A stretch of 63,928 nt of DNA, counting the filler, from Aduncisulcus paluster (lineage: Eukaryota): assembly GCA_024181965.1 (NCBI GenBank). It is 6 parts of 6 records of this genome, joined end to end, with 100 filler letters (N's around TTAATTAATTAA, not from the genome) between each part and the next. Parts side by side here need not be neighbours in the genome. Positions count along the whole stretch, not along the records: positions 11,684 to 34,744 come from BQXS01012466.1; positions 34,845 to 47,933 come from BQXS01012467.1; 4 more parts are not named here. One strand, given 5' to 3'. Positions 25,201-38,234 of the stretch are shown in pieces; positions within the stretch are counted from its first letter, which is position 1, and every line of letters begins with the position of its first letter. The position numbers and the translations under genes were made by a program. Under the pieces are notes generated by a model. The model was not told where the DNA came from. It saw only the letters and a list, made by a program, of their open reading frames with translations, and did not search any database.

Positions 25201-27266
25201 TCTTTAACGAGGGAAACTGATGGATCCACAGCCACGGGATGGGTTACGATGTATTTGTCGACAGAGTGAACCTGAATATTGGATGGAGATACCAATTCAA
25301 GAACTATTTCATGGAAAGGAATTGCAGATCGTCGGTGAGCAACACTGATCAAAGTCATTCCTGATTTTACAATTTCATCAAGCAACTTCTCCTCAAGTTC
25401 TTGGGGTAATGCTGAGGTGGATTCATCCATCACAGCAAATTGAGGGTGGTGCCAGAACAACCGTGCAAACCCAAGACGTTGTTTCTCACCTCCGCTTAAA
25501 ATAGAACTCCAAGGTTGAACCGATGTGAGTGAATGTCTTTGAAGGAGATAATCAAGCTCACATAGTTCCAAAATATCATTCATGCGAGTCCTTGCGTCAT
25601 CATCCGTCAGTAACTGCTCAGGTGGTTGATCGGGGAATGTAATTTCAGCCGCAAGGGTCCTATTAAGGAGATATGGAGTCTGAGGAACAAATAATGTCTT
25701 CTTTGACGGTGTACTTGCATATCCTTTCGGAGTAGGCCACAAACCGGCAAGCACACGCAATAAACTACTCTTCCCAGACCCACTAGGACCTACTATGATA
25801 ACACTCTTTCCGATCTCAACCTGATATGTGAAATCTTCAACGAGAGTGACTCCATTTGGATTTATAATAGTTACATCAAACCATCCACACTTCTGTTTGT
25901 CACAAGATAATGATTCATCATGAATAATATCTTGGCCAGATTCTGACATCTCAAGCTCTTTTCTTTCCTCTTCTCTAACTACAAGGGAACCATCTACAGT
26001 CGTTGGTATTGTAGCATCAGAAAGGAGAGGCATTTTCTCTTCTTCCATTCTTTGTTTTCTTTCTTTTATATAGGTAACTTTTGATTTCTTCTTACTACTA
26101 TTTTCATTCCTATTTTCTTTCTTATTTTCCCCATTTTCTGGTTGAATGAGACCCAAAACACTGCCCAAATCACTCACACGTCTTGTAATACCAATGAGGG
26201 CAGCCAACCCAGGTCCAACTTTGAGTAGATCAGAGCATGCAGATATTACATTCTGTAGATATTTCGTATTATTCAGGAAATCATCACTATCAACGCAAGA
26301 AGGATCCTTTTTAAACACATAGAAATAAACAACATAAGGAAGCCAGAGGGAAGAAGTATCCAATAACCACCCATTCGCAATGGATAGGAGTTTTCTATGG
26401 ACAACACGATTCATATTAAGGAATGCTCGTGAAAGTAGATTATTGGCAATCTCTTCTTCATGCTCACCACCAGCATAAAAGGCAATACTTTCCATACTTT
26501 CACGCACAGTGGAATGATGGTATCTGAACTCACCTTCTCTCTTCTCTTGCGTGGCTACAGGTTCTAAAAGTGGGAGATTTGCACCCCATGTCATAAAAAG
26601 GGCAACGAAAAAGAACACAATAGAAAAGACGACAGAAGTGGGCTCTCCAACGCGAAATAGAAATATTAGCGGAACAATAAAATATCCAAACATGCAAATA
26701 ATGCCACGAACACCGAAAACAACTCCGTTTGTTGTCGGTTCAACACTACCACACATGAATGAACAAAAAAGTCGAATGTCTGAAGCGATACGTTGGTCTG
26801 TATTGTCAATAAAGCTATTGTTATTACTGTTATAAAAGAACTTGGATGAAAAATAAACAGTATGGAAATGACGAGTTAAAATTTCTCTCCACTTTGCCCC
26901 CATAAAATATCCAAGCCAGTCGCCTACACTAAGACATACAGATTGAACAACAACGATTAAAAGACAGATAAAAGAGTATTTCCAGAACGTTGAATCATCA
27001 AACCCAGCAGAACATTGAGTAGCGGAGCAAAATGCATTGTTTAGTGCAGTGGTTCCAAGAGTGGGACAAATACTAACAATCGCAACTAAAACAACATTAA
27101 CAATTAACATGGCAATCATTTTGCGAGATCCTCCAAAACCAATCCTGAAAAACACCCCAAACGATTTCCAAAAATTAAAATGTTTGTAAGTGGGCCAAAA
27201 AGCATGATGAGTTTCATACTCTTGTTGAGATAAGTTTTGAAGTCGATTTGTTTCTAGATCATGCAT
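22291..27266 (-). CDS. Full-size (TMD-NBD-TMD-NBD) ABC transporter, subfamily D, ABCD4-like
   Basis: Two copies each of DNxDQRI, EGxFRxxH...ESIAFY, Walker A GPSGxGKSS, LSGGEKQRLGFAR and MDESTSAL. The true C-terminus (GITMISVAHRK...LFKIE*) lies at 22291-22388 and joins to 23375-27266. The sequence in between is duplicated. Confidence 0.9.
22843..23354 (+). repeat. Duplicate of kinase segment 20685-21196, lying inside the ABC 3' region
   Basis: Identical to the kinase C-lobe. It is joined to ABC sequence at an ATTCCT..CTCTTCTTC microhomology and ends at the 20-N gap 23355-23374. Confidence 0.85.
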
Positions 27267-27665
27267 ATATTATCCCTTATGTTACCAAAACACCGCCTAT
27301 ATTGAACAATTCAGTTAAACGTGGGAATTTCAATCAGAAAAATATTTTATGAACCGGATTCAGACATTATTAAGTAAAATAAAAACCATTAATATTATTT
27401 TATTTGATAATAATAATCAAATGGGTACTTGGGATAGAAAGTTTCATTTCAGATCTAAACAATATTGAATTGAATTGAAACTGGCGATTATATCATTATA
27501 AGGTATATACCCTGAAGTTGATTCCCTTTTTATATGAATTTTAAACGACTTCACCCAAATACACAAAGATGGCAGTCATTCAGAAAACTAGAATAATATG
27601 ATGAGAGATGAATTTAAAAACAAAGAGTAAAGTCTACATTATAATCATAACCCTCATTCATAATG

Positions 27666-28833
27666 ATTTAGAATCGAGAATATACATATATTAGGGAATA
27701 AATAGAGAAATGGTGACTACGCTTCTCTCCCCACATTCCTTTCCCTTCAATCTCACACAATATGATATTATCCAAATCAATAGGAAGGAAGAGCCATTCA
27801 TAATCATGTCTAGCACATGCGAATTCATACTTCTTGGATATTGTGGTAGGTCAGAATTCTATTAATAAATTGCATCACCTTAACCCCGGGACTCATACCA
27901 CAATATTTTCTTACCATCACAATCAATGAAAGTGAAGAGAAGAGAGGGTGAACTACATTCCTTATGAACACAGATATAAGCACCTTTCATTGGACTAGGC
28001 GATGGGAAAGGGATAGAAAGATGGGATAAAGATACATATGAGTCACTCTTGAGCATTTTTTGTGCAGAAAAACTCTGATCAAAATACCTCGATTCCTTAC
28101 TCATCGAGCAATCCTTTCCCTTAACCATTGAGAATGAAGGATTAATGAATATTGGATCATCACGAGGAATGGGAATAGAATCTTTTCCTTCCGATTCTTT
28201 ATCTCCTTCCTTAACAAACTCTGGTTTCACAACTGGAGCTTCATACCATAGTTTCTCTTTGGATTCACGAGCTATTGTTTCTTCTGGAGTTTCTTCTCGA
28301 ATAAAAACGAGAGATTGTATTTTAAACTCCAGCTTTTCTTTTCCTTTCCCAGTAATCTCACATAGAACAACATCTGAGAGTTCAACAGGAAGGAAATACC
28401 AATGACTATTCATCGAATGACCTTCAAAATCATGAAAAACATATTTCTTGGATGTTTTAAAACCTTTTGAAGACGTAAAAGTGAAGATAAGATGAGATGG
28501 TGAAATATTAGAGAGGCAAACATAAGCTCCTTGTATGGATGCAGTCTCTTCTGAAGAGAAATGAACTGATATGAATGTGAAGGCTCCTCGATTCCACTCT
28601 CCTTTCAACATTTCTCGTGCACTGACGCTCTGATCATATCGGTATGTTCCATGTTTCTTAGTTTCATCTCTGGCTTTGATCGCAGGAAAGTCAACGTGCC
28701 TTATATTGGGAGAATCTCGGGGAATTGGACAACAATCTACATAGCCTTCATAAATGAACTTTGGCTTAATAATTTGAGAATCTACACTTTCTTTAAGACT
28801 GAAGTCTATTGCTATGGATGTAAATGAACTCAT
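27666..28833 (-). pseudogene. Two-repeat, kinase-less family member disrupted by a 65-nt insertion
   Basis: ORF 27880..28833 encodes repeat units up to DCDGKKI. The repeat resumes after the insertion (SKKYEFACARHDYEWLFLPIDLDNIILCEIEGKGMWGEK...) and runs to a TAA near 27666. Confidence 0.8.
27842..27902. mobile_element. 61-bp TGT...ACA element (mini solo-LTR or Ginger/MITE-like) with ATAT target-site duplication
   Basis: Terminal inverted repeats TGTGGTA / TACCACA. ATAT at 27838-27841 and 27903-27906. The empty site CTTGGATATTTTCTT is present in a paralog at 33051-33065. Confidence 0.75.
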
Positions 28834-29805
28834 GATACTATTGTGATTAATCCAATAACATAGGATATCGATATTAGAGTAAATAAGGCCAATGGCGCAT
28901 AAAAAATGGGATCAATTAAATATATGGGCAATCTAAAGTTGTTTTTAACATACAATGAAAACAAATTGTTTTGGAAACTGTCAAAAAAACACATTCAATG
29001 ACAAGGCTTGTTAGTAACAATTGTATAGGGTGTTTGTATTTTTTTATGTAAATCGCTAAATTTCTAAAATTGATAGCTAATAAGGCATGTCAAAGAATTG
29101 AAGGATGAAAAATCATTGAAATGGAAATTATTCTGAAAATACCATTTTGTGCGCAATATAATTGGGTAGTATGTAATTCTCTTTTCAAACATTAAATAAT
29201 GTTTTATTTAATATAAATTTAAACCTAAATCAATATATTTTCTGTTTTTTTTTCGGTCGTAAGGAAATGCCATTTGACAGTGTCACGTTTGTATTCAATC
29301 GTTTTACTATTTAGGTTCTTGTATTAGCACGGTGATATTCTAAGGAAGATCCAAAGCAAAAAGAAGATAAAGAAATTGATTTATGTTAATGCTCAGCTTG
29401 TTTCAGAAATTTCTTGGCCATAAATACACCTAGTAAGGATATTTCTTCTGCAAATGATATTTCGATAGGAATTCAAGGATATTTTGTATAAAGTGTTCAT
29501 CGAATGGTATTTTTCAACATCAATGTCATTTTAGGCATAAAACCACGATAAAGCAACTCGATTAAGAAAGCAAACACAATTAATCGAAAGGTGGATTGAA
29601 GAAATCTCATTTTGTTTCGTCTCTCTTGAAATTTAGTGAAGATTTTCAGATCACCATTTGAGAGATTAAATATAGCAAATGAAAGTGTTTCTGACTTATA
29701 TCTCACTTGGAATTCACCACCATTTGAGAATTGTTGTTTATTTTTTGATGGCTGTCTCCACATGTTAAGATCTTCACTTGTAGAATGTTGAATCAACATT
29801 GTTGA

Positions 29806-32800
29806 TCATTCCACTGTAGAATCCACTTCCTTTTCCTTTGGTTTGATTATCCTTTGACCTTGACTATCAATATCAACAGCTGTTGATTCAACAGTAAATG
29901 ACATCATATCTCTGTGATCACCCACAGAACTTTGGATTGTTGAAATTGATGTGGAAGTTTGTGAAGTATGAATCTCTTGATCATCCTTACGAGAGGCTTG
30001 ACTTTCTCGAAGANNNNNNNNNNNNNNNNNNNNATTATCCTTTGACCTTGACTATCAATATCAACAGCTGTTGATTCAACAGTAAATGACATCATATCTC
30101 TGTGATCACCCACAGAACTTTGGATTGTTGAAATTGATGTGGAAGTTTGTGAAGTATGAATCTCTTGATCATCCTTACGAGAGGCTTGACTTTCTCGAAG
30201 ATATGAAGGGATATCACGATTTTCTTTCTCCGTGCTTTGAATTTTTGAGGGTAACGAAACTGCAAAAGGTTCATCCTGTTCTTTCTCACTTCCATATTCC
30301 TTCTCATACTCTTCATATCCATCAGAACTTTTCTGAATACGATCAATGTCTTCGTGGTCTTCTTCATTTCTTTCTCTTTCATAGGAAGGAATATGACGAA
30401 ATTCTTTCTCCTCACTTTGGAGTTTTGATGTAGAAGTAACTTGATCATCCCTCGCTTTCTCGCCTTCATCTTCTTCAATGGATCCAGAAACACTTCCATG
30501 TTTTAAAAGCTGCCGTTCAATAATATCCGCAATGGATGGACATTCAAACCCTTCTCCAATCTGGGGCAATAAATCTTTGATGGATTGCACCTTCTTTCGA
30601 GCTTCATGAACACTCATACGTTCATCTTCATCGAGTTTGGTGAGACCTGTGAATACTTCATTTAAAACCTTATGAACAGGTTTATATTTCCCATCTTCAA
30701 TGGTTAACAAGGATTTAAACAAAGAAGATCGAGAGAGGCGTTGGCACATATCATGTTCCATCAAACGCTTTAATAATTTCATAAGATCAAAATCATCAGC
30801 TTCTCCCATGCGAACTTTCTCCTTAACTTCTCTGAATGCAGACATAGAAACATAAGGATGTTCACAAAAGAAGAGAGCAAATATCGACATTCCAAGAGAA
30901 TATCCATCACTCTTTTGAGTCTGAGTCCCATCCAAAAGAGTTTCATAAGAGTTGTACACAAGAGTTCCACATCTGGAATTCCTTGGTTTTGAGGTCTTTT
31001 CTTTCTTTTCACTCAGGATTGGATGTGTAGCTGTTTTGGAAGATGCTGAAGAAGAGATGGAATCTGAGATTTGAACCATTCCAAGATCGGAGAGAACAAC
31101 AGTACATTTCTTTGAATCATGATCAACACGAACGAGGAAGTTATCTGGTTTGATATCTCGATGAACAAGACTCTTCTTTGCTCTAAACACATCATCAAGA
31201 CATTCAATCATTCCAACACAGAGAGAACACATTTTCACAGGATTTAGTGTCATGGGACTAAAGTCCAAACAAAAGTGATCTTTTTTATCAGAATGAGAAT
31301 CGAATTCATCACTAGCTTCATTGTCTTCATCATCCTGGGAATCTTCACTATCTTCATGATATTCATCAGAAAACGAATCAGATTCAGAATATTCATCATC
31401 TTTTTCACTCTCATCCCTAGTATCTTTTGTTTTCAAATACTTACCGTCAGCACACCAGCTCCTTGCAAAGTCTTTGACACTACCTCCAGCACAATATTCC
31501 ATAATATATCCATATACTCCTTTCATATCTGAATCAAGCAGGTCAAGAATGTACAAAGTACGAGGAATACGATTGAAACATTTTGGATTGTTAAATAGCC
31601 TTCGTTGCATCTTAAACTCCTTTCGACAATCTTTTACAACCTTTTTGTCAGCAATCCTAAGCATTTTCTTAAGAACACAAGGCATTGGAATACCATCAAC
31701 CTTGACAAGAACCACTTCACCAAATCCACCATGACCAATGATGCATTGTGGAGTGACATTTGCAGAGGAAGTTAGGGTGAAAGAGTTTGGTTTGACTTTG
31801 ATAGTTTTGGTGTCTTGAAGATCATCTGAAGAAGGAGGATGGATATCTTCTCCTCGAATGAAAATAAGAGATTCCAAACAAAAGCTCTGGCTATGTTTCT
31901 CAGACCACATTCCTTTTCCCTGAATATCACACAATACAACATTATCCAAATCAATAGGGAGGAAGTGCCATTCATAATCATGTTTAGGTCTTGTGAATTC
32001 ATATTTGATGCATGTCTTCATATCATTAGAAAAAATGAAAGTGAAAAGAAGAGAGGGTGGACCATCATTCTTATTCACACAGATATAAGCACCTTTTAGA
32101 GGACTAAGGGATGGAAAGGGGATGGAAAGATGGGATAATTGAACATTACCCTGCCCTTTTAACATTCTTTTTGCGTCAAAACTTCGATTATAAAGCTCCT
32201 CAGATTCCTTGCTCACAGAATTATCATTTCCCACGATTCTCTCAAATAGAGGATGAATAATTGCTGGATCATCATATGGAATTGGAATATTATCCTTGTT
32301 TTTTCCAATAAGATTAGGTTTTATCACAATAGCTTCTGACCATTGTTTCACGAGGACTGATTCTCTCGCTTCAATATCAATGGTTTCCTTATCTGATAAC
32401 TCTCTGGTAAAAGCCAAAGATTTGATATTAAAAATATCATTTTCAATCTCTTTCCCTCTTGCTTTCCCAGTAATCTCACATCTAACCACATCAGGAAAAT
32501 CAATGGGGAGGAAAAACCAACTATCAGTTTTCAAATCAGGAAATTCATACTTCTTGGATATTTTAATCTCATCAGAAGACGTCAATGTGAAGATAAGATG
32601 AGATGGAGGTGGATAATCGAGTTCTGTACCAGTACATATATATGCACCCTTAATAGATGAATATGGGGAGAAAGGGATGGAGAGGTGAGTAATACGAGGG
32701 AAACAAATTTTTCCCAGCATCATCTTTTGTGCTTCGGAGCTCTGGTCATAGTCTTCACCTGAAGAATGTGACAATGTTCTATTCCATGCTTGTATTTTAT

Positions 32801-34155
32801 GATATTGTGGAGAAACAACATTAGGAACATCTCGAGGAATTGGGATACATTGGTGGTTACCTTCATGAATAAATTGAACCTTTTCCATAATCAGTTTTTG
32901 TTGGAAAATGAGAGTAGAAATCTCAAAGTTTCGAGAATTTCGATTCCACCATGTTCCTTTCCCTTCAATCTCACACAATACAACATTATCCAGATCAATA
33001 GGAAGGAAATGCCATTCATATTTATATTCAGGTTCTGTGAATTCATACTTCTTGGATATTTTCTTGCCCTCAGAATCAGTGAAAGTGAAGAAAATCGAGG
33101 GTGAACTATATCCACCCTGAACACAGATATAAGCACCTCCTATAGAGCAAGGTTCTGGAAAAGGAATCGAAAGATGTGATAATGTCACTTTATCTTCCCA
33201 TTTTAACATTTTTTGTGCCTGTGAACTCTGATCATATCTCTCAGATTCCTTACAATAGGCATTGTCTTCTCCTTTAACCTTGTCGAAAGAAGGATTTATG
33301 ATTGTTGGATCACCATAAAGAATCGGAAGATTATCCTTATTTGAAGTTATGAAAATAGGTGAAATGATTGGCTATATAATGAAATATGATAAATAAGATA
33401 AAAATCGAAAAGATGATAATGGAAAAAAAATAAAACGATGAGAATACGATTACATACATTGTTTGAAAAAATAACTATTTTGGACATACAACTTCTGACC
33501 ATTGTTTCTCAATGGATTCACGAATAGATCGTTCTTCTAAAGTTTCATCACGAAAGAAAACGAGAGAATCGATGCAAAACTGATCGTTATTCTCATCCAT
33601 ACATGTTCCTTTTCCTGTAATCTCACATAAAACAATATTGGGCAAGTCAATAGGAAGGGAATACCATCTTGATCCAAATTCATATCCATCATCAAGCTTT
33701 TGTAATTCACCATCGGCATATTTATGTTCTTTAAATCTGGAAAAATCATACTTCTTCACCGATTTCAATCCTGTTGAAGAAATAAAAGTGAATATAAGAT
33801 ATGACAGGGAAAGACAAATGTCAACGGTGTCTCCAATACATATATAAGCACCTTTTATCGGAGTAGATGGACAAAAAGGAATGGATAAATGGGAAAGAGT
33901 CACATGATCACCCTCCCCTTTCATCATAACCCTAGTTTCATCGCTCTTGCCAAGACCTTCACTGTGACCTTCGATTCTGTTAAATGCTGGATCTATAACA
34001 TTGGGAGCATCTCGAGCAATTGGAAGGTGTGAATGATGACCTTTATGAATGAATTGGGGAATTATGACAATAGATATAGCATCAAAAGGAAATGAACTTC
34101 TTTTTCTGTCTTCTGATTTGTTGAGATCTTCCTTGGAATGATTATTTGATTTCAC
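29806..34155 (-). CDS. Repeat-kinase gene B2: four repeats + kinase + acidic tail; 5' end unresolved
   Basis: A phase-0 intron at 33372-33489 (GTATGT...TAG) joins ORFs 33475..34155 and 29904..33209. Motifs GHGGFG, HRDIKPDN, DLG, GTLVYNSYE. Gap 30014-30033 duplicates 29846-30013. True stop is TGA at 29806-29808. Confidence 0.85.
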
Positions 34156-34744
34156 TCCAAGAAAAATGGAAAAAGTTGAAGAGATTTGAGAATCTCTGTG
34201 GTGTTAAGTACTAATAAAAGTAAGAAACACCGGGAACCAACTATAGAAGGAAGCAAGTTTATTAGTTTGAAGAAGATCGGATTGATTCCGTGAGAATCAA
34301 TTACATGTCGAATCATGTCAAATAAAATATAAAATAAATATCATAAATAAACATAATCCAAATAAATAATAATAGAAAGAATTATTGTTATAGAAATATA
34401 TATGCGATAAAAGTTTCAGGTGGGGTCACCACACCCCGATCTTACTTTTCGAGAGGTTATTTATAAGCTCGAAGCACCAAAACCAACCAATAATATCCAA
34501 TAAAACCAACAAACAACACCAAAGACTTTGAATGCATTACCAGAATTTCTATCACACAATAAAACTACCACTATTATCTATAACCTGATCAAATTGCGTG
34601 TAATTGATCTTAAACAAACCACTTAAAGCGTCTACATACGATAATCATCCAAAACACCAATCATGACTACCATTATAGCACGTGTGGAGACGAAGAAAAC
34701 CCTGTACCTGGGACAAAACCCATCTCCTGTGAACACACCAAGTT

Positions 34745-34844
34745 NNNNNNNNNNNNNNNNNNNNNNNNNNNNNNNNNNNNNNNNNNNNTTAATTAATTAA
34801 NNNNNNNNNNNNNNNNNNNNNNNNNNNNNNNNNNNNNNNNNNNN
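34745..34844. other. Artificial contig linker
   Basis: N44-TTAATTAATTAA-N44. Confidence 0.98.
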
Positions 34845-36713
34845 CGAGTCAAGAGGTATCCAAGGAAGTAGAGAGAATCTACTCGAGTAATCGGAGTGTC
34901 ATCAATCATAGGAGTGGAATCGTCTTCACGATTCGAGAAGAAGAGGCACTTGGAGGGTTTGACATCGAGGAGGCGAGCACGCAGACGAGAACGAACGAAG
35001 TCGAAGATTTCAGTAATGTTATCAGATTGAGTCATGAGTGTCATGTCATCAGCATAGAAGACTACAGGAGGGAGAGTGAGAGAGTGACCATCAATTTCAA
35101 CAGATATGGAGTCGAAGTTACAACAGACTTCCTGAATAATATCATCCACAGACACGTTATATAGTTTCATAGAGAGACAGTCTCCTTGAGGTGCACCACG
35201 AGGGGATACAATGTGAGTGAGAGAGCCGTCCTTATTAACCACGAAACGAGGCTGGTTGGAGAGAAAGAAGGAGATATAGTTCTGGAGAGTCGAGTTGACA
35301 TTTTTACGACGAAGGCTCTCCATAATAGAGTTTTTTGAGAGAGTGTTGAAGGCATTAGATGAGTCAATTTGTAGAATTCGAATGGGTTTTTGTGTTTGAT
35401 CACATAAAGCGATACATAATAAAACATGATAAGCAGCTTTGAGAGCACAATCTGGCACACCATCACCATATTGACAGGGGTGGCAAGGTGTGCCAATTTT
35501 GGCTAGAATAGCACGATGGAGAATCCTGAGAGGGAGTTCAGCCATAGCAATTGTCCTGTAACTTTGAGTCGAAAGAATGTCCGTTGAGCGAGATTTACGC
35601 AAGGCAAAGACCTTACTCGAGAGGAAGTTGGGGAGGACAGAGGGATTGGATACAAAGTATGTGGACATAAAGGCAAAGGTCTCTGCAGATGCTTTGTCCA
35701 TAAGGACAGAGCGCCAGACATCGGAAGGGATGCCCGACAGACCACCATGCGATAAAGAGGCTTGCTTTTTTGCTGATTCGATGATGTCAGAGGCAGTAAT
35801 AATGAGGGGGGGAGTATCACTTGGGATGTGTGCAAAGGGAGCAACTCCAGAGGAAGATCTGGGTGTTGTACACCAATGGCTGCCGAGGCAGTATTCGCAT
35901 CCACAGGGAGAGATTCCCGCAGAGCGATTTTAACACCTTCTGCAATACGCCCATGTTCAATAAACTTTTCACTCTTACGATATTTACCATTTCCTTTTCC
36001 TTTCCTGCCACGCTTCCTTTTACGCCTACTAAGTAGCACTGAGTACACGTTAGAAGGCGTTCAAGACCCTTGTTGATTTCACTATGACCATGAGTACGAA
36101 TCCTTCGATCAATGTCAGCAAAAGTGGAGATAAGGGTTGTGATGGCTCCAGAGCGATTGTGATCAGGGAGATACGTACGATGACGATGTGAGGTTGGTTG
36201 AGGGACTGAGGGAGACGGAACAGTAAGAGAAGAAGGAGGTTCTTGTTGTGTGGTAGTAGTTGATGCCTGAGGGACATCGGCTGGTGTAGTTGGAGGATCA
36301 CCAGATTGAACATCAAGGGGGGGATCGGTGGGTATGTCACTGGAAAAAAGAACATCTTGAGCCACGGTCATTCGAGCTGACACGCATTTAAGAGCACGAG
36401 ATTAAGCACGCACTGTAGTTGCAGTCACAGCACGGTCAAATAGAGGATTCAGCGCTACAGCAACATGGGCTGCAATTGTAGCAGGGACGGATTGCAAGAT
36501 GCCATGTATCCGCCTTGCAGGGCGAGAATCAACTGACCAGAACTGCGAGTACGAGAGAAACTCGCGAACGTCCGAGAATTGAGCTGGTTTCAATGAGTTC
36601 AGATTAGATATGACTTGAGCCACGATCTGAGATGATATATGTTCACGCAACAATATGCATCGATTGTCCAAGAAGGCGGGGGGCAGGTTATAGTTCCACC
36701 ATACAAAACTCAT
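34845..36713 (-). mobile_element. Degenerate non-LTR retrotransposon (RT; CRE-like early-branching clade), 3' truncated
   Basis: RT motifs YRTIAM, QYGDGVPDC, IDSSNAFN, GAPQGDCLS, FYADD, DVKPSKC, FLG. Upstream ORF pieces reconstruct into a single ORF from ATG 36713 with one TAA (36402-36404) and about two frameshifts. GC is higher than the flanks. Confidence 0.85.
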
Positions 36714-36865
36714 GAAAATGTTGTAATACCACAAAAAGAATGGAAAATAAAATGATTAGAGATCCTTTTTAAGCAGAATTAACAGGAAAAAATTAAGGTT
36801 TTTAGGTGATAGATATTGAATATGCACCTCACGTTTACATTCGAACATATATACGGGCTACTACA

Positions 36866-36907
36866 CTGGGCTATTCAGTATGGCCTGGGCTATTCAGTAT
36901 GGCCTGG
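36866..36907. repeat. 19-bp tandem repeat, 2.2 copies
   Basis: CTGGGCTATTCAGTATGGC twice plus CTGG, just 5' of the retroelement ORF. Confidence 0.9.
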
Positions 36908-37158
36908 ACTGCTGAACTGTCTCAATTAGATCGCAATGGGAAAACAAAAGTAAATAGTTGCAACTTGCAACAGCTAGAAATAGAAATGGTCTTATTTGTA
37001 AACCAATATCTCAAACTTTAAAAGAGTAACCCCATTCACAATTAAATAAATATATAAAGTAAAAAACAAAATTCTAAATGATTGAAACCAAACCATCTTC
37101 GTTATTTAAGCAAATCATGCACTCCACCAATGATAGCATCAGGATAGTCAAGTGTACC

Positions 37159-37772
37159 ATGACTTGGAATGTTTGGATATCTATCCCTTTCTCGACATGG
37201 TTTATGTCATTAATTCCTTTCTAAGAGATATTGTTAAAGACTAAAAGTAAAATAAATGAATTTGGATTATCAAGCGAGCCCAGAAGAAGTGAGAATCAAG
37301 AAACCAGAACTATAGCTCCTATCAATAAGTCCATGACATTCACAGATTACAACTATAACTTATCATCATATAATAAAACTTTACAATGCAATATGAGGAG
37401 GCACTGTCTGAACCTGGGATGTATCTCCATAAAAACACCAGTGTCCATAAAAACACTCATCTGGAAGGAGGATGTGACTATGGAGAGCGAGAAGCGGAGG
37501 AAGAGCTTTGGTTTTATCAGCTTGGAGCTATTGACGGAGAGATTGCTGCTGAGTGAGGTGAGCTGAAAATCTCTCATTGAACTAGAGAATGACAAGATAT
37601 TGGAGTTACATGACTAGATCGTGACATCTTTCGAAATTTCTATGGTATGAAGACGAAGTTCTTCAACGAGATTCAGAAGAGTCTGTTTTAATCATTTCTC
37701 TGCTCTCCTTTTCTTTCAGTTATTCTTTCCTAAATGGTTCGGTTGAGCACCCAAATGATCAAGAAACCAGAA
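37159..37772 (+). repeat. Segmental repeat X fused to a short ABCD fragment (copy at 47278-47891)
   Basis: ATGACTTGGAATGTTTGGATATCTATCCCTTTCTC (ABC 24218-24252) is joined to the same downstream non-ABC sequence at both sites. Confidence 0.9.
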
Positions 37773-38234
37773 TCTATGTCCTATCAATAAGTCCATGACA
37801 TTCACAGATTACAACTATAACTTATCATCATATAATAAAACTTTACAATGCAATATGAGGAGGCACTGTCTGAACCTGGGATGTATCTCCATAAAAACAC
37901 CAGTGTCCATAAAAACACTCATCTGGAAGGAGGATGTGACTATGGAGAGCGAGAAGCGGAGGAAGAGCTTTGGTTTTATCAGCTTGGAGCTATTGACGGA
38001 GAGATTGCTGCTGAGTGAGGTGAGCTGAAAATCTCTCATTGAACTAGAGAATGACAAGATATTGGAGTTACATGACTAGATCGTGACATCTTTCGAAATT
38101 TCTATGGTATGAAGACGAAGTTCTTCAACGAGATTCAGAAGAGTCTGTTTTAATCATTTCTCTGCTCTCCTTTTCTTTCAGTTATTCTTTCCTAAATGGT
38201 TCGGTTGAGCACCCAAATGATCAAGAAACCAGAA
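37295..38234 (+). repeat. ~462-bp tandem duplication bounded by ATCAAGAAACCAGAA
   Basis: The motif occurs at 37295, 37758 and 38220. A single-copy version is at 47414-47891. Confidence 0.9.

Noticed and set aside
36727..36734. TACCACAA near the retroelement start matching the micro-element end
   Set aside because: Only an 8-nt match, with no partner end or TSD; compatible with chance.
37231..38057. Conserved ORFs in repeat X (also 47266-47714)
   Set aside because: Conservation reflects recent DNA duplication. There are no recognisable motifs, and ORF lengths differ between copies.
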